From Antedon mediterranea (taxonomy: Eukaryota; Animalia; Echinodermata), in assembly GCF_964355755.1 (NCBI RefSeq), contig NC_092679.1, positions 18,335,432 to 18,399,431 on the forward strand: a stretch of 64,000 nucleotides of DNA, written 5' to 3'. Under the pieces are notes generated by a model, which saw only the letters and a list, made by a program, of their open reading frames with translations, was not told the origin of the DNA and ran no database searches. This document shows, piece by piece, positions 26,819 to 38,889 of the stretch (position 1 is its first letter; every line of letters begins with the position of its first letter). The position numbers and the translations under genes were made by a program.

Positions 26819-26965
26819 TTTGCTGATTAATTAATTATTTTAGACACAAAACATGGAAGTCACAACAAAAAACGGAGATATAAATTTAACTAAAATTCTG
26901 ACAACCGCCCTCATGCGATTAATTGGGTCGCGTGGGCTTTTTTTATCGAGTCCTGCAAAAAAAAT
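26819..26965. promoter_or_regulatory. Compact bidirectional promoter and 5' UTRs of TRAPPC6B and PNN
   Basis: Divergent ATGs at 26818 (-) and 26966 (+). ETS-like GGAAGT present, and a YY1-like AATATGGCG overlaps the PNN start. Confidence 0.75.
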
Positions 26966-29900
26966 ATGGCGACTCACGATAGTGGTGATGATGTTGCGGC
27001 TATTGATATTTTAAATGAGAAACTCCAAAGAGCTAAAGAAAGTCTGCATACGGTGGACGAGAACATACGTAAATTCACTGGTAAAGAATTTGGAGAGAAA
27101 CGGTAATTTTATTTGACTTTTGCCTGCCTAAAACATGATACATACAGAGGCCTCTTGTTTAGAATAGGAGGCCTAGCCTAGGCCGTTGGCGTTAGTTAGG
27201 ACTATTTTTATAAGCCTTCTCCGGCTTTCTCGCTGGACAGGAACGGTTGATGTAACGCGTGGTATGTCACCTGGGCTAGGCCTAGTTCCTAATAAAAAAT
27301 AAAAAAATGCTCATAATAAATAATGTATTTTCGTTTATCAGTCGGTAATAAAAAATAATTTGGATGCATTTTAAATGCAGCAGTATAATTAAATAAACAT
27401 TAAATAAAATGAAATTTTACCTATTTATTTAAAAAAAAAATTTTAGGTCGACGGATCAACGAAAAGTAGCAGTGGGTATTGGAAGAGGGCCTGCTGGTCC
27501 AAGAAACAGAGGTGCAAGAACTGGATCTATGGGGACAAGGTCGTTATTTTTTATTTATTTCAAATTGAATAAATATAAATTAGAAAAAATATGTATTATT
27601 AATAAGCATTGAAATTAATTATAATAATAATTATTTTTTCTTTATAGCCGACTTGCTCTGAGTGCATTTGAACGACTTGGAGCTCCCCTTGCTAAAAGAC
27701 CAAACAGAGGCAGTGCTTTTAGCAGGTAAGTAGCGTATTACAAGTACAAAAACAGTAATTTGTCTCAATACTGTACATTGCTATAATAATTATAGTGGAC
27801 AAAGGGCCCGTTCGGACGGGACTGAAACTACCGTGTACTTCCAACTGTGAGGTCGCGTGTGGCAATTAACTTACGCCTCTGGCTATAAAAAATTAGAAAA
27901 CCATCTGGACGAAAAATCCACCAACTTTACTGGTTATTTCAATCCCATTCCAATTACACGCTGCCTCGGGGTATAATTAATCAAGCGTTAATGGGATCAT
28001 GTCAAATCGCGACCTCAAATAAGCTTTCTGATTGTTTAACAATTATTGTTTAAAATGTTCTTTTTCGTTAACGCGAATGTATATCTATTGTTTTGTAAAA
28101 TTATATATAAATAATCAACTCGTTGGTTTTTTTCCGGTGACCTGAACTTGCGAATCGGTGGCTTATAATGTACATGTAACGGCAGGGAGTTCTGTATTGT
28201 GGTAGCCTGGTGTCTGTGAATTACCACATCAACCGTTCGGCTCGCACGATAAGAGGGGTACAGTGCGTGTTAAATGGAATTTTTACAACAATAGTTCGGC
28301 TCGCACGATGAATACACGTGGTGATTTTTACAAGAGGGGTACAGTGCGTGTACATTAAATGGAATTTTCACAACAATAGTTCGGCTCGCACGATAAATAC
28401 ACGTGGTGATTTTTACAAGAGGGGTACAGTGCGTGTACATTAAATGGAATTTCCACAACAATAGTTCGGCTCGCACGATAAATACACGTGGTCAACAAAC
28501 AACATACGTAATAGCAGGATTTTCGATCATTATTTATTTAAAAAGTAAATTGTATTCGATGTATTATAAATATATAGGTCTGGTTGTCGATTGAAAAATA
28601 ATAATTGAACGATTCGCGCGAGAAACGACATGCAATATCCAGTTGAATTTGTCAACACGCCATGTCAATTGATATGGGTCGACGCACAGAGGGCGCTTTT
28701 TGACCTAAGAATTCCGATCTTAATTGGTTTCGTGTCAGCTTACCGGTACTTTGTTTATTCGTACGAACGTCGTATGGGTTTTACCCCAAGGGTAAAAACC
28801 AAATAAACGTGTATTTCAATCGCCGTACGAACACGGTCCTAGATTATTTTTAAGAATACAGACATGCCTTGATTTTTCTATAAATTTCTATTCTACTGGT
28901 TTTTTATTGCAGGTTAGGCAATCGTGTGGATGCAGGCGGACCCAGAATGGGAGTTGGACGAAGACGCAGAGAAGAGGATGAAGATTTTGAAGAAGAACTT
29001 CCACACAAGGTATATACATTAGCTTGCTTTCAATCATTGTATCGCTTCTCTTACTAGTACAGTAGAACCTGTGTTTTACGTACCCTGATTTTACGTTCCC
29101 TCGATTTTACGTACGCTTAAAATAACCGATGACGTCATCATTTTCTTACATAGGGGGCGCAATTTAACAACAACAAAGCACACAAAGCCACAATCATGGC
29201 TGTGTGAGGAATTCTGCTGTGTGTGGGGGACAAGCTACGCACATGCATTCCCCTAAAGCAGCGACTGTTTTTATTGATAGAAAACAATTATATTTTACAC
29301 TTTATTTAAACATCGCACAGCCTGTATATACTGTACTTTTCTAGTTAGGCCTCACATCTTGCTAGGCCTGCTAGCCTAGCCTGAATAGCCTAGCTAAGCT
29401 AGTGACGCATACTGTACACAGTACAGAAGTAGGCAAATACGGCTAGCTACGATCTCTACGTATTTGGGGTCAATTTAAGGTCAACCTTGATTTTAGGAAT
29501 CCCTTTTTTTACGTACGCCTTTCGGTCCCGTACCGTACGTAAAATGGAGGTTCTACTGTATATGGTTCCTATGCTTTAACACTCAAAATTCACCTTTGCA
29601 AACTATCCATTTTTAAATTGCAAGTTTAAAATGTCAAAACTAGCCAATGTTTGTTAGTAAGTTATTTTTCATTCTTCACAAATAATACTTTTCTATATTT
29701 CTTATTTTTTGTAGCCTGCATTATCGTCCTCTGTTGTAGCGCCTTCTTCTATTACTCGTACCCGAAAAGACTCGATTGAAGAGCAGAGCCAGGACTCAAA
29801 AGGAACTGCAAGGTATTATTAATTATTTGAACTGTATTTAACAAGTTTGTTATTATTTGTCTAGAACAGAACAACTACAAGAGAACCCATTATAAAGGAG

Positions 29901-32630
29901 AAACCTTCAGGACCCAACAAAATGTTCAATTAAAGTGGTTTGATCATATTGTTAACATACAGTATATTCCCTCCTTCATTCCATAGGAAAGTATCTCTTT
30001 ACCAGGTGTATCCCAAACAATGGATTCTATTGTAATTGATATTGGCTAATTGATATTATTTAGTAAGTAAAATTTCTTTTTTTTCTAGGAATCGTCGCAT
30101 GTTTGGTCTTCTACTAGGCACCCTTCAAAAATTTAAAGATGATTCTGTGCAAAAATCGGACAAGGTATTATTCTATAATATTTTTTTTGTCTGCCTATCT
30201 TCATAGTGTAACTATATTCAAATGAGCTTCTGCATTGTATAGGAAGATAATAATAACTGTGTACTACCAGAATTTATTCAACTTTGTTTTACAAGGGTAG
30301 CTCTGTACACTGTAGTACAGCTTACTTGAAGAGGCCCTCTCTCTTAAAAACAATACAAATATATACAGATGACAGTTAAACATAAAAATACAAGAGAATT
30401 CTTTAAGGATTACATTCTTTAATCTTGTACTTAACATAGGATATTCAACGTGAAGAAATAGAACATAAACTGGATGCCAGAGCCAAGAAAGAAAAGCAAG
30501 AGATAGCCAGTGAAAGACGTGAGCTGTTCACAGAACGACGTAACAAGCAGAAGGAACTGGAGAGGTTAGAAGAGCTGATGGAGATTGCCAAAGAGGTATG
30601 TAAATTTAATCTAGATTTTGTTTTCTAGATATCAAAACTGGAGCCGAGCACACAACTGGCAGAAATTCAGGTCCCTTGTTTGGAAATGGTTATATAATAA
30701 TAATTATAAGAATTAAGTCATGATGTTACATGTTTTTTTATTCTGGAATTTCACACACAACAAACTTTAACAGTATTAACATAGGCCTATAAATAGTATT
30801 TTACCATTGCCTTTTGCAATTCGATGTACTTTTCGTTTTGGTATATTATGCCAAGCAAAACAATATCCATTTTGAAATGGACCAATAACATTTCTTGAAT
30901 GTTTTGAAAATTCTTTTACTATAACTAGATAATCCTTGCTTTAAAAATTAATTCAATTCGGTTTTATAAAAAAAGATTATTTAGCTGTGAATCTTGTGGT
31001 GTGGACAAAATATTGCTGCTTGTATGATTGGCACTCGTGACTAACATGCAAATTTACTTTTAGCAAGAGATGTGGGATAAGCATAGTCAAACATTAGGAT
31101 GCTTTATTCAAACTAAAGCCAAGCCACCTTTGTTCTACCGCCCTCGCAAGGTCTTGCAAGAGGACGAAAAGAAGTTAGCTGCAACCAAGGAAATGTTAGG
31201 AGGTACGTGAAACATTCTATTTGTGGAAATAGGTTGCATCAATTATCAAAGGCGTTTCTTATATACCAGTGTTACTAAGTCATTATTCATTACCTAGTGT
31301 TCCCTAAATAGTTTTAGGCTGTATTGTAACATATATTGACCCTCGTTTGTTTCTACTGTATAAGTCTAATTTAATGCCAGATCTTTTCTTAGTTAATGTT
31401 AAATGTTTTGTTTTTTAGTGCTACTGTAATATGGGCTAGTAATTAGAATCTGGTCTAGTGAGAAATGTTTTATTTAGTTAAAACTAGCCTAGTGAACTAG
31501 TGGTAAATTAAGATTTGTTTTCAATTCATTATTTATATGGAAAAGAGGTTATGAGATTAAGGAACTCGTTGAAAATTAGCCAATATAGTTGAACATCAAC
31601 GCTACTAAAGGTCACTAATTTTAGGTCCCAAGTTGACTAAATTGTAAACCTTCTTTCTTGACTTATTATTTCAGAGATGGCTAGTAAAAGAAGAGAAGCC
31701 ATTGAAGAGGAAATTAAAAGTTTTGAAGGGTTTGGAAAACCACGTTCAGGAGAAAATAGAGAGAAAGAGAATGAGGAGATGAAGCAGGAAAATGAGGAGG
31801 AAGAAGAGAATGAGGAAAGAAAAAAAAGACGGAGAGACAGTGATAGAGGGAAGGATGGGGAGAGAGAAAAAAGAAAGGAAAAAGAACGTGGTAGAGTGAG
31901 AGCTAGAAGTAAAGACAGAGATCATAGAGAAGAACGAGACACAAACAAAGAGGAAGAAAGAAAGAGAGAAAGAAGTAAAGATGGTGAGCGTAGAAAAGAA
32001 AGAGAGAGAGGAAAAGATGGAGAAGGAAAAGAAAGAAATAGAAGTAGAGATGGAGAACATAAAAGAGAAAGAAGTAAAGATGGAGAACAAAAAACAGATA
32101 GAAGTAAAGATGCAGAAAGTAAAAGAGACAGAAGTAAAGATAGAGAAAGTAGAAAAGGAAAGGATAGAAATAAGGATGAGGAAAAAGAAAGTAAAAAAGA
32201 GAAAGATAGAAGTAAAGATGGAGAGAGTAGAAAAGAGAGTGAACAAAGTAGGGAGGAAGAAATTAAAAAAGAGGATGAGAGGAGTAAAGATGAAGATAGA
32301 AAAGAGAGTGATGTAAGTAAAGAAGATGAAAAAAAACAGGACAAACCGGAAATTAAAGTGGAAGAAGAAATGCTATGGGAAGATAGTGTGAAAACTCAAG
32401 AAGGTACTGTGAAAGGTATTAAGGATGGAGAAGAGATGAATGAAGAAGGAGGTGGTATGAAGCTACAAGTAGGAGAAAAGTCGAGTGAAAATGGGATTGA
32501 AGGAAAAGAAGAAAAAAATAATGAAAGTTTGACAGTACCAGAAAATGAAGAGCCACAAATTGATAAAAATAAAATGGAAGTTTCATTGGAACAGAGGACG
32601 GAAGATATTGATCCGGCAAAAGAAAATTGA
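26966..32630 (+). CDS. PNN: Pinin (9 exons, ~609 aa)
   Basis: Exons 26966-27102, 27447-27539, 27648-27725, 28913-29009, 29715-29812, 30089-30164, 30440-30595, 31064-31202, 31675-32630 (1830 nt). Motifs [44 protein letters not shown] and [14 protein letters not shown], followed by a long Glu/Arg/Lys/Ser-rich tail. Confidence 0.93.
28235..28490. repeat. 85-bp tandem repeat (~3 copies) in PNN intron 3, within a probable TIR element (~27803-28839)
   Basis: GTTCGGCTCGCACGAT recurs at 28235, 28294, 28379 and 28464. Imperfect inverted ends GGGCCCGTTCGGACGGGACTGAAA / TTTCAATCGCCGTACGAACACGGTCC. Confidence 0.8.
29060..29558. mobile_element. Tc1/mariner (pogo/Tigger-like) MITE
   Basis: TA-CAGTAGAACCT..TTTTACGTAC at the left and GTACGTAAAA..AGGTTCTACTG-TA at the right: TIR with TA TSD. 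Confidence 0.85.
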
Positions 32631-33819
32631 ATCTAGCATTTTTTATATCAGCATTTTTCATTTTCAATAATTAATAAAAATTGTATGCCCTCTAACAACA
32701 AACAGGATATTTTTCTTAAATCTGGAAATTCTATGAAGTGTTCTTTTGATATGCAAAATATTGTAGGCCATATTATAGACATTGTTTTGTTTTCACGGCC
32801 CTCACCTAAGGATGCTTTTATAGGATGATATCCCCAATTGAGAAGTCTTGTTTTAAATGTACATTCAATGTTTTCAATGAAATGGTGCCTTTTACTATAT
32901 AATAATTTCTATTAATTTTTTCCTTTAAGAAATTAATGATTATCACGCAATGTAAAATTTTTAAACAATTATCTTTATATATCAAATTATAGTGGTTTTT
33001 TTTTTGGAAATTTTCACAGCTGTTTGTGGTAAGTATATCATGCATGTAATTGTGTTAATGTTGTTTTAACAATTTTTTCTTTACTGACAAACATTTTAAT
33101 TATAAAATCATGGACGTAACTCCATGATTCTATAGAATTTTAAGTGGAAATACTTTATAATAGTACTTATAGATCCCATTTGCGCTTGTAGTATTCCTTC
33201 CATCAATTACAAATTGTCTGCGATTTCTATATTTAAAAACAAATTATCACTGTACAGTGCGTTTTGGTTCCTATTTAGCATAGAGACACCTGTAATCGCA
33301 TTATCATACATGTGGGCTTTCCAGAGGAATACTTTGATTAAAAATCGATTTTTATGAATATTTAAGCATACTGTATTGTAGTGTTGGTCAATCGACTAGT
33401 TTGTCAAAGTAAAGCATAGATAATATGATAAGAACTAGAGGTCCAACTGGTGCATATCAAAGTTCTTATGTCGCACTATTATTTAAAACGAAAAAGATTA
33501 ACCCACTATTTAACTAAATTCATATTAAAATGAAAATAAAGCAACGGACGAAACGTACATTGTTAAAATAATATTAACCAACCGTATTGTTTATGATTTT
33601 AGGACTACTATTTTTTTATTATATTCCACGTTGTTTTAAGATGTGTTCTAAATAAACATTTACATTATTCAAGTACGGTATAATGTAGATCTATTTTGTA
33701 ATCAACTAAATTTTACAGCGTTGTAATCTTGAATCGCTTGAAAATGAATTTATTCAATATAATGGAATGAATTATAATGTGTTATTACCACAAGGTCAAA
33801 TTCGTAATTGACGATGTGT

Positions 33820-34304
33820 GCTACCAACGCAACAACAAAGTGTTGTACTGTATTGCGAAATCACAAGTGGGAACCGACGACGCACTAGTGCTGCAAGCAT
33901 CGCAGGTTTGATGTCACGCAGGCGGTGGCAAACACAATTATTGGAAGGGCATTTGCTTACGTTGCGTCGCTAGTGGGAACCAAGCTTTAAGCGTATCGCG
34001 GTCATATTATATCAACGTCATCTCTCAGCGACAATCGTTACCTAATCGTTCAAATGTAAACGCGGACCTGTTACGACGACAACGATATTCGTGTCGTTTA
34101 TCGTATCTAGTGTAAATGGCGCTAAAGCGTGGTTCCCAGCAAAGTGATGTATTGCGTAATCACAAGTGGAAACCGACGATGCAACAGTGCTGCAAACATC
34201 GCAGGTTTGATTTCACGCAGGCGGGGCCAAACGCAATTATTGTAAGGGCATTTTCTTACGTTGCGTCGTTTGCGTTACGTTGCGTCGCTAGTGGGAACCA
34301 CGCT
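33820..34304. mobile_element. Two adjacent copies of Harbinger-type MITE (H2-related)
   Basis: Duplicated AATCACAAGTGG.AACCGACGA..GTTGCGTCGCTAGTGGGAACCA. The second copy (34126-34304) has TIR AGCGTGGTTCCCA / TGGGAACCACGCT and TAA/TTA flanks. Confidence 0.7.
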
Positions 34305-35876
34305 TTAGTTGTGTCCCCGTGACTTGTTTCAGTTAGGCCTACTTTGCTTTAGAATACATAACGTGTTATCAATATCTTGACGTGTAAACATTTATCATTA
34401 TTATTTAAAATTACAACAACACACCATTAAAGATGTACAGTATTTTTAATTAAAAAAATATATCTTATTGATATTTTTGCAAGAAGTGTATTGTGAAAAC
34501 ATCAATAATGACAACACCAATAATGACAAACAATGTTTATTCACAAAACATTCTTATTATCCAAATCGTATTTATAAAATCTTTTTCTTTTCTTCATTGT
34601 TGCTGACATTTCCTGTAGGCACTTCTTTTAACATTTCATTAAAGATGCATTGTCCTCCAAAAACATTTTTAAAAAAGGAAGATTAATAAAATCAGACTTT
34701 AAATAGGCCATTTTGCAATTTTAATAAAGTTATTTACTACAGTAAAAAAAAAAAATGATTTCACATACCTAAAAAAGAGGATCCAGGTCATAGTGAATAC
34801 AGTCATTATTACGTGACATTAAAATAGAATAGCATATCCAGCAACGAATTTTAGAGGAATAATATATCTTTAAAAATTAATGTTTTTAATTAAATATAAT
34901 TACTATTGACTAGTTTACTTATTTAAAAAACAAAACTAAAAGATCAAACTACAAACTTGAGTCAAACCACGAAATAACAAAAAAGAAAGACAATAAAGAA
35001 AGATCTTGCATTAAAAACGCTGCCAGACCAATCAAGTTACATTTAATGGGTGTGAAACCGATTCTAATTCAATTAGTAAGTAATATAGTAAGTAAGTAAA
35101 ATAGTAATGACATACATTAAATTTGTTAAAACAATGTTAATGGTAGTTTGTGAATTGTATACATGATAGACTCATTACCCATCCCATTTATGAATGGCAA
35201 ACACATATCAGAGACAATGCAAGCTTTTTTAAAGCACAACTTTACCGAGTACCATATTTTTTCAACGTATTAGGGATGTACATGTGATTTCAGAACAATT
35301 GCGAGATTTACGATATCGCCGCACGCGCTCGCCGTACAGCCGTCGTCGTAAATTTCTTACGTCACATGTGCTTAGCAAAATCTACGGTACCTCATGAGTT
35401 TTCACTGCTGTTAACATACAAGTAGGTACCGGTCATTTTAATTGCTATAGACCTGCATAAGGCTTAAATTTGGCAAAATGTTTAGTCTGTTATTTTATAG
35501 AAACCCCTCACACACAATATCCAGATAGGCAAATAAAAAACAATTAAAAAAGTCAACATTTATATTGTTTACGATTTGATTTACTTGTGTTCAGGCCTAC
35601 TAGAAATTTGCGAGACTTGTCTACCCTTTAAGCTCTATAATTGCTATTTAGGCATACCGTCTGCCGACTGGGTTTAGTTGGATGCCATAGGCTGATCAGA
35701 AGGTGGTGACTGGCCGCGATTTTTGTTTAGTTTCGTACATAAGTTGGGGACTCTTTTTTATGTGAAAGAAAGCCGAACTAATTCCTAAAAATAACTAACC
35801 TAACCCTCTAAATCTTTGTCTCACTATAAAATAAAAAAAGGTTGCTCATGGGATTCGAACCAACATTGTCCATTAG

Positions 35877-36221
35877 TTTTTATTTATTTTTTATTTTTTT
35901 ATTCAGTCGAAACCAACAGCAATAATTACCGCCACTAACAGGTTTGATACAAACAAAGCCAGGACTGTTTAAAGCACCTTGATCAAGGGCTTCTCTCGTC
36001 CAGTGCCCGCCTTGACCAGAGGTCTGAGGCAGATACTAGATGCAGGGGCTGCCATAAGAGTCAGCAGTGCTGATTTCAAATGCCTAACGGGACCCCAGCT
36101 CCGTATACAGCACCCGTTTTTCCCAGATGGTCTCCCATCCAAGCTCTAACCAGGCCCAACGTCGCTTAAAAAACTTCGGTGATCTGACGAGAACCGGTGT
36201 TTCAACGTGGTAAAGCCGTAT
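35877..36221 (-). mobile_element. 5S rRNA-derived SINE (SINE3-like): 5S head ~36106-36221, ~200-bp body, A-rich tail
   Basis: Minus strand TACGGCTTTACCACGTTGAAACACCGGTTCTCGTCAGATCACCGAAG..TTAAGCGACGTTGGGCCTGGTTAGAGCTTGGATGGGAGACCATCTGGGAA..CGGGTGCTGTA is a degenerate 5S with A/C boxes. There is no oligo-T terminator after the head; it runs on to GACTGAATAAAAAAATAAAAAATAAATAAAAA. Confidence 0.8.
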
Positions 36222-37508
36222 ATTTTTAATAGTTTAATCCAATGACTACACAGACGGCTCGATGGAAAGCGTTTGCATTAGTGAATTGTAGTTAGCTCAA
36301 TTCTTATGTCACGTGCACCTTACGGATATGAATAATGAATATTCATGCGTATTTTGTGACGTTTCGTGAGGGGTCCCCGACTTATGTACGAAAAGAAATA
36401 TCGCCACCCACCCGCCCCTCCTAAATTTCGAACGTCCAGTACTTCCTTTTACACCTTTTAGACCGGCCCTAGGCCCCTCTCCTGTATTACAAATTCCGGA
36501 ATCCACCACTGTATATTAATGCATCTGTAGTAATTAAATTAGCCTATATAATATTTTTATCATTAGGGCCTACATTATAATGTGAATTATTTATAGATGA
36601 AATATACAAAAGCCTTTTTTGTTAGTTACAACAAATAACCAATGATAGCCACGCAATATCGCGTTGCTTTCAGTTAAATACTAATCGCAAATAAATGAAC
36701 ACAGTAATCGGTGTGCGTGAGTTCTCCCAACAACAACAACAACATTTTACGGTGGTCTTCTTCTATCAAAATTAAAGTGAGTATAATTTGGGTTTTTTTT
36801 CATTTTGTACTAGGCTTGTTTTTCTCATATAATACTATTAAGCCGTATATTATTATTAAATAACTTCAAACCATGTACTATATGTTACTGTGTTTGACCA
36901 TGAATAAATGAAATGAATTAAAATTATGTGTAGGCCTATGTATGTGGCAAGAGGAGAGATGGTTGTGAGAGGACTGAAATAACGTAACATTATTGCCATT
37001 TTTATTGTCACATAATAGTTATTCACTTTGATCAAAAATTAGATCGGAAACAAATAATTATTCACCTAAAAAAATGTAATTCAAAGCAAAAACAAAATTA
37101 CTAAATTGTCTTTCAAACAATGGGGTTTTGGTTAAATTTACCGTTTATTTTATCTTTTATGTGAAGTGAATAACTGTATTACATCTTCAAAATGGCCTAT
37201 TCAAAATGTGATTGTATTACTCTTTATTTTTCATATTTGTTTAAGGAAATACATCTTTAACTTAATATTAAATGTTACTTTAACGTAGGCCGAGTATGTT
37301 AGCTTAAGTAAACAAAAGGTAGATTCTTGGAAATTGGTTTGACATTTATTTATCACAGAAGAATAAGAAACAATTATGATTATGATAATATATTGAAAAC
37401 AAAAATTGCCACAAAAGTTGATTTCACAACACTTTTAACAGACGGTAGAATACCAGTGGCGTGGCGCTCACTGGCTAAACACACGGGCCCCAGAGATTAA
37501 GGGCCCAG

Positions 37509-37769
37509 TGGTCATTTTCACCAATCACACTTAAGAATGAAAAGTTTTTATATTTCTTTTGTTTTATGTATGAAAAAAGCATATTTGTATATTTTTCGTC
37601 GATCGTTATCGTCCTGGTGTAAATGGGCCTTTAGGCTAAGGAAAACCTTAAAATTAAGAAAAATCTAAGTGAATAACAAATTAATAGAAATACATATTTA
37701 TTGAGTTACGTAAGATACTTAATATTTAAGGGAAATATCTTACTTAAGTGTGATTGGTGAATATGGCCA
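37509..37769. mobile_element. Harbinger-type MITE nested in a hAT-like remnant (~37454-37864)
   Basis: TIR TGGTCATTTTCACCAATCACACTTAAG / CTTAAGTGTGATTGGTGAATATGGCCA with CAG on both flanks. Outer ends CAGTGGCGT / ACGCCACTG. Confidence 0.7.
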
Positions 37770-38889
37770 CAGAGCATGAGCAGTTCAATGCAACTCTCCA
37801 GCGTTAGAAGGTCCCTTAAGAGTGCTAAACCAGAGGGGCGTTTGCCCACTGTTTTACGCCACTGTAAGAACACGGTAATACACAGATTCTTTGAAAGTAA
37901 TAATTACACATCCATATAATATACGTAATTTGTTTCATTTTTCTTTTAAATTACGTCTATTTTGATTTGATTTATTTCAGCATCACAAAAACAACTAGAA
38001 AGCCACTCCGAGAATGCATACCTCCGCCTACTGTAAACTTCTCCTACATAAGATTTCTCCGGGAAAAAAAAAATATATTTGTGTGTGTCTTAATGCTGTT
38101 TGTGATTTAGGCTAATTTCACTACAAGCATGTGCATGCGAGTTTGGTGTAAGTGTAATGGTTATGTAACAAGCCTTTCAATTAACAATAGCTTCAGTTTT
38201 AAGTTGACTAACAATAGAATGCACCGTCATAAAATGTGTGCCGCTGTTCTAAAAGCGTCTGTTCAATAAAGTTATTTATTTAGAACAGCAACGCGAAAAT
38301 CAAACGAGTGAATTTGAAAAGAAATAGGTTTTTTAAACTACTCGCATCAAAAAAGGTGCACATTAAATCAAATTATGTTTTAAAATTACAAATCACCAAT
38401 TATAACTCTTGCCTTTTGTACAAAAATGAATACTTTAAGACTGCTCGCCGGCTTTTGAAAAAATCTGTCCTATCTTTTAACACTAGCAGGTCTGAAAAGT
38501 ATAGTAAAAAGTGGTTCAGAATTGGGACCATGGTCCCAAATTTAATTCAATTTAATGGAATGGTCCTAAGTATCCTTTTTGCCAATTTTATCAATTTTTT
38601 TAAATCTATTGATAATAAGAAAGAATATTTTACCGTTTTTACCACCGCAACTATGCTATCTATTGATAGGCCTAATAAGAAAGAACATTTTGCCGTTTTT
38701 ACCACCGCCATTAAGCTGTGGTCGTCGTCATGCAAATTATCGGACCTTCCGCTTCCATACCCACAATATTCTCGTTAGCAAGCTAATGAAGAACTATTAA
38801 TATTGATTTATTTTGTACTTTTCGTAGATAGTTAGTGTTGAGTTTTTATTTTTTATCCTCTAATACGACTGCTTTGTGTCATTTCAAAA

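Noticed and set aside
31746-32344. Phe/Ser/Leu-rich antisense ORFs
   Set aside because: Mirror of the purine-rich pinin last exon.
36106-36221. Functional 5S rRNA gene
   Set aside because: Has an internal T insertion, degenerate ends, no terminator and no tandem array; better explained as a SINE head or pseudogene.
38308-38800. 156-aa ORF containing a 60-bp duplication
   Set aside because: Non-ATG start, AT-rich, no domain or splice support.
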